Below, in pieces: positions 54,983 through 64,000 of a DNA stretch of 64,000 bases. The notes under the pieces were generated by a model. That model ran no database searches and had not been told where the DNA came from. It worked only from the letters and a program-made list of their open reading frames with translations. The DNA is from Lepidodermella squamata (lineage: Eukaryota > Animalia > Gastrotricha). The position numbers and the translations under genes were made by a program. The DNA lies in assembly GCA_047495785.1 (NCBI GenBank), contig JBLDXI010000017.1, positions 186,001-250,000 of the forward strand, given 5' to 3'. The first letter of the stretch is position 1, and each line of letters begins with the position of its first letter.

Positions 54983-57331
54983 ATGACTAAATATATATTG
55001 CTGCTCCTTTTGGCTTTGCAGTCAGCTCACTGCCAGTATAAAGCCACTCGACTGAGTTTACTGAAACTCTTCGCATTCGGAGGGGTCGATGATCGCCAAG
55101 CCCAGTCTATCCGAGCAGCAGCTCAATTTGTCATCGATCAAGTCAACAACAGATCAGACATTCTCTACAACTACCGCCTTGAAATGAGCAACCGAGACGA
55201 GTTGTTCGGAAATGCAGCTGCTAAGCTGACGGTCGAGTACCGACGCGAAGAGATGAACGATACTTTTATCCAAGCTCCAATCATCGTCGGACCAGCTTTC
55301 TCCGCAGGTTGCAAAGCAGTTGGCCCTGTTTTGAATTATATCAATACGATTGCTATCAGCGACTTCTGCACCGCTCCGTTTCTCACAGATCACAGCATTT
55401 ACCCGAATCTGTACCTGTCCTTGTCTACTGGTAAGGAAACTGCTATGGCGATGCTGAGATTCATGCGAGAAATCGGCCGCTGGACAAAAATCGCGATTCT
55501 ATCCAACTCCGCTAACGTGAATGACTACCAAACTGCTTTCTTCTTGCATGACAAAGCCATTGAACAGAAATTCACCATTCCTTGGTTCGACATGGTAACC
55601 GACGTTGACCAATTCACGGTCCTACCCATAAAAGCTAGAGGAATCAGGATTATCGCTTTCCCGACTAGTGTGAAAGCCCAACTTAGTCGCTTGCTGTGCG
55701 AGGCGTTCAAACTCGGCATGACAGGGCCCAGATACGTGTTTTTGAGCCAAAACGGAGCCTACGTGAACGCACCATCTGGAGAGTGTGGAATGGATGTTAT
55801 GCAACAACAATGGCGTCAGTTGTTTCTATTCGGTTACTCTCAAACGCCTGACAACAGTTCTCAAGTCAGCGAATTCGGGTACAACGCTATCGATCTGGAA
55901 AGAGTCCTTTATCAGAATGTGAGAAACGCTACCCCCGACTCATTTGGTTTCGCTTACAATGTTCATGACACAGTGCTGAAAACTGTATTGATTCTCAACG
56001 AAACTGAGTCTAGGCTGAACAAGTTCTACAACAAATCTCTGAAGGATTATCCAACCCATCCTGAGCTGGTGACCAAGGTAACTAACGAATCAGTTCTTGC
56101 GTCCAAAGTCCTAGGAGTTCGAGTCGGGCTAATGGCATACAGCGAGAAGGGTCAGTTTCAGGGCGATATTCAAGCGGTTGTTCAATGGACCCCGAAAGAA
56201 GGTCTAGTAAAGGTTGCGAAAATTCGACAAAAAGCTGACAAAGTCAACGATACTTTCGCTTACGATAGTTACGTGATGCAGCCGCTAAGACCGGCTGAAT
56301 GGTTGATAGGAAGACCACCTATCGATCGGCCGAAACTTGTGTTGAATATTCTGACGATTCCACAATCTGCGTCGATCGTTGCTATGGTACTATCAGCTTT
56401 GATAACTATCGTCCAACTCGCGGGTTGTCTACTCATTTTGGCAAGACGAAAGGGTGAGATCCATCAGCGCCTGTGCAAGATTTTCGGACTTTTTGGTTGC
56501 CTCATTCTGAACATATCAACTTTTCTCTTCGCAACTGAGAGGAGGATAGATTCGGCAGATCTAGTAACTGCCGCTATGTTCCTCCTCGCTTTCGGGTCAT
56601 CGATTTTGATCGGAATAACTTCGTTCGGGCTTGCGATGATTCTTCAGCAGGTGAAAGGCGGACTGGGTTTGAAAACGGGCCATAGGAAGATAGCCAGTAT
56701 GCTAGCTTCACTGAAGAGATCTACGACAAGTGGCAGCGGAAGCTCAGCATCTAATCTTGACGAAATGATTCGCGATTCGATGGGCTCGAATTCAGCTAGT
56801 TCGGCCCGTCTTATCCAGGTACAGCCTATTGCGAGCCGAAGTTCCGCTCCAGTAAAGGGGGCCGCATTAGACCCCCCGAAGCCAAGCTCGCCCCGACCTA
56901 ACTCGGTGAACAAACGAAAGGGCGAGAAGAAGAAGAACATTCAAATCGAGTGGGAATTGAATGACAGCCTAACGTTAACACTGACTATCATGTTTCTCGC
57001 AATCAATGGCGCAGTTCTCGGCGGAATGTTGATCGCCCTCACTCTTTTCGACCTGATCCCTGTTCTTTTCGGCGCATTTTTCGCCTATCAACTGAGACAA
57101 TCTGTTAAAAAGACTTCATTGAGTTCAAATCGCGAAATCGTTCTTTCAGTCATTAGCGTCGTCAATTCAGCCGGGATAAGCGTTGCTGGCGTCTTGATTG
57201 TTCTAATTACCGGAGCGAATCCTGTTAATCAGCAAATCGCGATTTCATTTCTCACAATTGCAGGATCGCTTTCAGTGTCAGCCACTTGGTTGTACCCGAT
57301 TTTCAAGCCAAATTATTCTAATCAGCCGTAA
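54983..57331 (+). CDS. Second class C (GABA-B-like) GPCR paralog, lacking extracellular loop 2
   Basis: Collinear with 50648-53050 except for an in-frame gap between TM4 and TM5. Confidence 0.78.
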   Translation: MTKYILLLLLALQSAHCQYKATRLSLLKLFAFGGVDDRQAQSIRAAAQFVIDQVNNRSDILYNYRLEMSNRDELFGNAAAKLTVEYRREEMNDTFIQAPIIVGPAFSAGCKAVGPVLNYINTIAISDFCTAPFLTDHSIYPNLYLSLSTGKETAMAMLRFMREIGRWTKIAILSNSANVNDYQTAFFLHDKAIEQKFTIPWFDMVTDVDQFTVLPIKARGIRIIAFPTSVKAQLSRLLCEAFKLGMTGPRYVFLSQNGAYVNAPSGECGMDVMQQQWRQLFLFGYSQTPDNSSQVSEFGYNAIDLERVLYQNVRNATPDSFGFAYNVHDTVLKTVLILNETESRLNKFYNKSLKDYPTHPELVTKVTNESVLASKVLGVRVGLMAYSEKGQFQGDIQAVVQWTPKEGLVKVAKIRQKADKVNDTFAYDSYVMQPLRPAEWLIGRPPIDRPKLVLNILTIPQSASIVAMVLSALITIVQLAGCLLILARRKGEIHQRLCKIFGLFGCLILNISTFLFATERRIDSADLVTAAMFLLAFGSSILIGITSFGLAMILQQVKGGLGLKTGHRKIASMLASLKRSTTSGSGSSASNLDEMIRDSMGSNSASSARLIQVQPIASRSSAPVKGAALDPPKPSSPRPNSVNKRKGEKKKNIQIEWELNDSLTLTLTIMFLAINGAVLGGMLIALTLFDLIPVLFGAFFAYQLRQSVKKTSLSSNREIVLSVISVVNSAGISVAGVLIVLITGANPVNQQIAISFLTIAGSLSVSATWLYPIFKPNYSNQP

Positions 57332-57922
57332 TGATGTCGAGAAAATTCGAGCCTAGCCTCACAAAACGAGACATAAGTGCGTGTTTTCAACTAGATTGAT
57401 TCCTATATTCTATACTTGATTAGCACAAACATGTTGTTTTCCGGTGTTTTTTCGAATAAAACTGAATTTTGTGTAAGAGTTTGCTTATTTACGGCCAGGG
57501 ATTTTCAAGCACCGGCGGTGAAAAAAGCAATTATGCCGGCCGCGCCATTTCCAGTGCGTTTTTTCCTGTTTAGCAGCTGAAAAGTGCTGCCCTTCGGGAT
57601 TCGCGTAAGGCGCAAAAAATGAGGGCTAAAAAGAAACTGGGCGCATTATTTGCTCGGCAATTACATTGCGATGCGTAAGCGCGATGTTGCCGTAGCAACG
57701 CGTCGGCTTTTCCGTTTTGTGCGCGCCGGTCGAGTGTTGTTTTCACAATGTACCCATGAAAACGTGGCAGGTATAAATGATGACGGACGAAAGCTAATTT
57801 TGCGCAGGGTCTCAATTTCGTTTTTTGTTGTATTTATACAAAATCTTCGGTGATTTTTTTCGCGATAAATTATTCATATATAGCGGTGACGTGCGCGTCA
57901 CTGACTGCGACTATTTACTAAG

Positions 57923-60375
57923 ATGGCAAATGTTAGTTTTTCGCCATCAGCGCTGAGTAGCAATAATATTACGCCGAACGCCTCGCCGCCGACAACACGC
58001 ACGCTCTTAGGATCGTCGACGAACAATTCGCTGAGTCACCACAATAGTAATGCTATCGCTACGCCGCCTACAACTTCTACCCAGGCGGCTATCACACAGC
58101 ACCAGCAGGATTTCAAGACTTGGTTTTTCCAGACAGCGGCGTTAAACCATCCAGACGTCTCTAGGGCCACATCGCCGAAGCAATTACGGCGAGCTCTACG
58201 TCGCGCTTGGAAAGCACTAGAAAAATCGCCTTACTACAAAACTTTACGCTCGGAGCACGCAGGTGACTCGCAGCCTGATCTATCCTTCCTAGAAAGCGGC
58301 GCACGATCAGCACCGGGCAGTCCCAGTAGAAGCCGTAAGCGGTTTCGTAAGAACACAAAAGCGAAATCGTCGCCGAAATCAATTTTCGCAAAATTAAGCC
58401 GAGCAGACTCCGGTGAAGAAAACGACGACGTTAGGCCAATGCGACCGTCCACAGCAGCTGCATCGTCAAAAGTCCGACCTTTCAGTGCTGGGAGTGTCGG
58501 TAGCACGTCGTCCAGTGAAGGCAGTGAATCTGGCCACGTGCCAACTGGCGACGATCCCAAGGCTAAACTGATAAAAAAGGGCGGCGGGTTATTCGCCTCG
58601 TCAAAGGTTCGCCCTAAATCTTCGGGAATTTTACGAAATTCCGCGCAGCAGAGCCCTGGTGCCGAAACCCCGGATCAAGCCGGTAGTAACAGAAATGTGA
58701 ATTTTTCGATTGTCGACGAAACTCAAGCGGCTGCTTCCGGGCTTGCAGTAGGATCTCGCAGGCAGAGTAACCTAAGCGCAGGGAGCCGACGTTCGGGTGA
58801 TGAAAGCGACACGAGTGTTCACATGGTTTTCGACTCGGGTAACGCGAACTCCGACACAGCTCAATTGGTAACTATCCGCGAAAGCTCCCCGACAAAAAAG
58901 TCTCAGAAGGGGAGCCAGTCTTCCCTGAAAGATGCTGGCAAGAAACCTTTTGCTGATTTGAAGATTGTAGACGAAACCTCGGCGAGTCCGAAGAAGGCTG
59001 CTCCTAGCTCAGCGAAGGGTGCCGCGGGTAAAAAGGCCCCTCCATCGGTTAGTGGGGCTAGCGTTGCGTCTTCCTCATCTTCAAGCTCTGCTGTGGCGAA
59101 GAAGCAATCGACTGTTCCAAGTGTTAGTAGTGATAGTAAGTTATCCTCTGCCGGGGGTCAGCAGCCGGCAACCCCAACCCAATCAACCGTTCCCCAACCC
59201 AGCACCCCGTCCACTCCCGGCCCAACTCAAACCACCCCAACCACACCTGGCCCATCGGAAACAGCGCCGAAAGCTCGAGCTAATCCTTTCTCAGCTGCAG
59301 CTTCGATTATCGCCACCGGAGCGGCCGTCCACGAAAAAGCTGAGAAGGAGAAAGTAGCCGCCCAGCAATCGACAAGTGCGGCGTTTTCGACCCAAGATAG
59401 CTCAATGACCGATGCGACAAAAACCACGGATCCTGAATCCTCAACTGCTGGCGATGGCGCTTCGTCAAAAGCCTCAAAATCTACGACAGGGAAAGACAGT
59501 GCTAAATCAACTGCGAAGAAGGGCGATACCAAAGCTGATTCGAAAGATACTAAGGACACGAAGAAGGATTCGAAAAAGGGCGACAAGAAGGACGACAAAA
59601 AGAAAGACGACAAAGACGCTAAGAAAGCTGAAGGGGAGGCGGCTAAAGCTGCTGAGGCCGCTAAGGATGGAGCAGCGGCTGCAACTCCAGCTGCTGGGGC
59701 TGAGGCGGCTGCTGCTACTGGAGAAGGAGCAGACAAGGATAAAGCTCCATTGAAACGAGAAATGTCCAGAATCTCCGTCAAAACCAACGAGTCCCGCAAA
59801 TCTATCGATATGTCAAAACACATAATGAATCTCATTCAGGTTTGTCAATTTTTATCAGCAAATCAAGTTTTAGGACATCTTATTTTAGGGTGGCCAAAAT
59901 CAAGAAGAGCAAACGAAGAAGCCCCAAACTACGAATCAGTCTTACATTCAACAGGCTATTCCTGCTCTACCTATGGCAGCAGCTGTGATTTGCTTGATTC
60001 TGAATCTGCTTGCACCTGGGATTGGGACTATTATGGGTGGATTTTGCGTGATCTGCATGGGTAAACCCAGGATCGAGGCTAAAGAAAACGCCCTAGGACT
60101 TACGTAAGTGTTTTTCAATTAAAATTCGATCATATTTAATTTTCGAAATTTTCAGAATTTTTGTGAACTGCTTTGTCGGTATCAGCCAACTCATGACTGT
60201 GACTTTCTTCTTCGTCGGCTGGTTCTGGTCGATGGTGTGGGGCATTAATATGATTATAAACAGCATCGAATACATGGCAGAAAGGCGGGCTGAACGCGAG
60301 AAGGAACTGCAACAGACTGCTATGCGAGCTTTCGGTTTCATCCGTGCCGAGAATGCGCCGGCAGTCGACGAATAG
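57923..60375 (+). CDS. stum: Protein stum/SPEC3 homolog with long low-complexity N-terminus (3 exons)
   Basis: After the intron at 59840-59888: AIPALPMAAAVICLILNLLAPGIGTI...VGISQLMTVTFFFVGWFWSMVWG. Confidence 0.8.
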
Positions 60376-60580
60376 AGAAAGCACTCATTTCCATGTTTGC
60401 TTTTCAAATCGAGTCATGAAAGCCACGCTTTACCTCTCTCTTTTTTATACCAATGAATGACGAGATTTTCTGTCAAAACGTGGCTATTGATTATCAATAA
60501 AGTCATTTTTCTACTTTTTGCATGATTAACCCGATTTTTTCTCCCTAGTTACCAGTGCGTTATGTAGTACTCAGGGTGTT

Positions 60581-63500
60581 ATGTTTGAGCCCCTCGAGCC
60601 TGGTGTCACCTTCGGCCAGGAGGATCCAGTTTATTGGCAGCTTCATAGATTCTTACATTGGGAAGAAGTTCGTAATGCAATACCTCGTAGACATGGCAAA
60701 AAGGGCTACAAATCACCAGAGAAGACTCTCTCGAAGGGCAGAGGACTGCAGAGGCCACCTGTTGAGCGGAACCCTGCAGTTGATGCCTACCTCGCACCTG
60801 AGCCGCCAAACTATAGGCCTATCGATCGAAGGCAGAGAATCATTAGAAAGCAGTATCTTGATCAATTCAAACTGGTAAATAGATATAACCATAATGCCCT
60901 TCATTTTTCGCGTGATTTTCAGCCTGACTGGATGTACGATGACCTGGACCGGAGGCCTTCGCCTAAAAAGGGGACTGTTCACCCATGGGACGCTAACCCC
61001 CCTCCGCCTGTACCAGAGTCACTGCAATCTCCATCAAAAGAAGTTCATAGCCCTTCAAAGTCAAATGGAGGGCATTTACCGCCGATTCAAGCTTCATCAG
61101 GAGTTCCTGCAGTCTCCTCGTCAACGAATGGTGCGCATCATGCGGAACACAAAGTCCGAGTCTTATCACCGGACGATCCCAATAGGAACCGCAGCAAGCC
61201 GAGCAACGCAGATATTCGGCAAAAGAATGCAGAGCACGTGAAAGAAGTCATGGAAAGCCGGCACAAAAGCGGGAAAAGCAGCAGTAGAGCTGTGTCGCCA
61301 GTTCGAGAGGAAGGTGGTAAAGGACCATCCAAAACAACCGGTGGGACAACACCCCGAGTTAGAGATTCGCAAAAATCAAAAACTTCAATGAGTTCAGCAG
61401 CTTCGACTAAGAAAGAGCCGAAAGTCACAGCTAGACAACGGATACTAGCTGAATTTCGAGCGAAGAGGAAGCCTAAGCCTAAGAAGAAGTACATTCCTAT
61501 GTCGAAACGAATTGTTAAGCCTCCCTCTGTTCGTGAAAGTTACGACGACGTCGGCCCTGCTATTGCCAGCGTCTTCAACGAGAACAAAGACTTCAAACCT
61601 GGCCATTTATCCCGTCGAAATACAGACGATGAAGACAGTGAAGAGTTAGAGACAGCTCGAACGGTTATTTCAGTCGAATCTCGAGTTTTGAAAAACGCGC
61701 CTAAAGGACTGCACCTCAAGATAGCTGAAATGAAAGCTGCGGCGTTGAAGCTCAAAAATCCATCTCGACTTGCTGGTAAACGATCAGTTAGTCAAAATAG
61801 CGTCGCATCATCGAAGAACCTCTCCACAGCTAGATCAATTCTTAAAAACAAAACTCCTAAACCTACCGCGAAATTAGACCCTCTGGCTAAAACGCCAAAG
61901 CCAGGAGAGACCAAAAGCCCTGCCAGGCCGACTACGCTCAACAAATTCGGCAATCCTTTACCTGGCATCAAGGTGACTAAAGATGCAGGAGATCAATCCA
62001 GTATTGTAGTTTCGGCCCCGCAAGGAGCCCTCCCGGTCGCGGTGCAAACCTTACCACCTCTTGCCAAATTAATCAACAATCCAAAGTTTGTTGACATGGC
62101 CTCGCAAGTTGGGACCTTCGAGGTTGCTGTGAACACTGACATCGAGCAGAGAAATGTTGGAATTTCTACTAGAGATGACGTAGTTTTCATCTATCAGCCC
62201 GGTGAAGAACCAGTCAATGACGTTGACCCACCGAAAGCTCCTCGTCGCGAAAAGAAACAGGAGAAGCGGAAACCAAGAAAGCGGTCACCGACACCATCTA
62301 CCGAGAGTGAGACAAGTGATTCTGAATCATCTCGTTCAAGTTCAGAGGATCGTCATAAGCATAGGAGGACGCATAAACATTCCCATCATAAACTTTCCAA
62401 GCATCATCATCAGCATCATCATCATCACCGAAAATCGAAAGATCACCACACTAAAAAGCATAGAGATCATCAAAGAAGATCATCCTCAGAAAGCTCAAGC
62501 TCGACATCAAGTCAATCTGCCTCGTCGTCGAGATCTTCATCTCGATCAAGCTCTAATGACAGGCGAAAACGCAAACATCGATCGAAAGACAAGAAGCATT
62601 CAAAGAAGGTCGAAAAATATAAACTTAAAGGCAAAGATTTGAAGGAAAAGCGTGATTTGGAGGCGTCATCTGAGTCATTAGTAGCAAGTCCCAACAAATC
62701 CCGATCAACAAAGAGACCGAGTGAATCGGATCAAGCATCTCCAAAGCCACCTGCTGTTATCGTGAACCCTGAGGTACTTAAACAAAAGATTTTAGGTGCT
62801 CTAAATGCGAATCAAGCGGAATCGAATCGGACAGCCGAGTCGAGTAGTAGCCATACCGCCAAGGAACCTTTATCCCGAGTTCCTTCTAACCAAACTGCGC
62901 CGAGATTGCCATCTGCAGTACCAAAAGCACCCCTCTCCAGGAACCCTTCGCTTAACAACGTGCCTGACAAACATTCTTCAGAACACAAGGCTCTTTCAAG
63001 AAAAGACTCTCAATCACCCCCGCCATCGATTTCAAGATCAAATTCAAGCTTGCAACCCAGCAGTCGTAAAGGCAGATTACAATCTCAGCTATCAAATGTT
63101 GGTTCTAAAGGCAATAATGGTGGTCATCTGAAAGTATCTCAGCAAAGGAGTCACGCTGCTTTAGGAAGAACGAATTCTAATTCTTCAACAGCAGGAAAGT
63201 CTCAGTCTAGGCAATCAAGCCCAGACTCAGTCCAAAGCAAACCTTCACCTCGAGGTCATGTCCCTATTCAAAGGCAGCAATCTATCAAAAGGATGAACAG
63301 CGGCGTAGTTGGCAGAGATCGAAAACTTTCGATTGTACCCGAAAGAGATACCCCTCATTTATACGGTTCTGACGAAGTTGGCGATAATACGCCTTATGTC
63401 GGTGGATCTGAGCCGTTAGTAGAGTGCAACGTATGTCACAGGAGATTCGCGGCTAATCGGCTGGCTATCCACGAGAAGACGCACGCCACTAAACCTAGGA

Positions 63501-63891
63501 AAGTCTTCGACATGCGTCAGAGGCGTTTGTCCACGTTCCAGGGCAACGATCTAATGATTGTCCAAGAAAGTGTTAAAAATACCGCGAAGAAGAGCAAGAG
63601 TCAAAAGGAAAACGCTAAATGGCGCGAGAAACACGAGGCGTTCATTGAGGTATGACATTTGAACCTAACCCTGATTAATTATTTACTAAGTCTGTGCTTT
63701 AGCAAATCCGTTATGCTAAAAAGGTGACAGAACTCGAAAAGACAGGCGGTGATATACGGACACTCGGACCTGCACCTAAGACTTTCACAGGCGATCTGGA
63801 GCCATGTCCGAAATGCGGTCGCAAGTTTAACAGTGAAGCTATAAAGCGACATGTTCCGATTTGTAAGGCAGAGCCTGCAAAGCGAAAGTGA
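60581..63891 (+). CDS. C2HC zinc-finger protein (ZC2HC1 family) with long disordered N-terminus; last exon ~63703-63891
   Basis: LVECNVCHRRF, RKVFD, KWREKHEAFI, DLEPCPKCGRKFNSEAIKRHVPIC. Confidence 0.75.
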
Positions 63892-64000
63892 CTTTTTAAT
63901 CAAATCGTCACAACATGTTGAACGTTTGTTTCGAGAAGTAAATTGAATTAAAAGGGAACACTGACACGCTGAATTTTGATCGCACATTCATCTCATAGCT

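Noticed and set aside
45180-59835. Long antisense ORFs (45180-45896, 51994-52641, 59227-59835) and similar ones within the Polinton
   Set aside because: Shadows of well-supported genes on the opposite strand with no motifs of their own.
59840-60064. C-terminus of the 713-aa ORF as listed
   Set aside because: Reads through an intron; the spliced frame yields the stum domain.

Overview
Eukaryotic (invertebrate-animal-like) genomic DNA with very short (~50-65 bp) GT-AG introns. The window is dominated by a triple nested insertion. An apparently intact 22.9-kb Polinton/Maverick (11104-34019; perfect 266-bp TIRs, 6-bp TSD ACGGAT) sits inside ORF2 of a full-length ~5.4-kb LINE (7861-36164; TSD AAGCAATCA, poly-A). 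The LINE sits in the 51-bp first intron of a Cys-loop ligand-gated ion channel (pLGIC) gene from a local tandem family. The Polinton encodes pPolB, a PLA2-integrase-chromo fusion, an A32-like packaging ATPase, minor and major capsid proteins, an adenain-like protease, a VLTF3-like factor and a fiber-like protein. Its most unusual cargo is an intact six-exon katanin p60/VPS4-clade AAA ATPase gene. It also carries a second spliced gene, a candidate -1 frameshift producing a structural-precursor-protease fusion, a shared TCTAR motif ahead of the virion genes, a palindrome array near the left end and a decayed third TIR. Host genes on the right include a catalytically substituted astacin-CUB-MAM protein, two intronless GABA-B-like class C GPCRs, a stum homolog and a ZC2HC1-family gene, plus pseudogenes and MITEs. 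All family calls rest on motifs recognised by eye; no database search was run.
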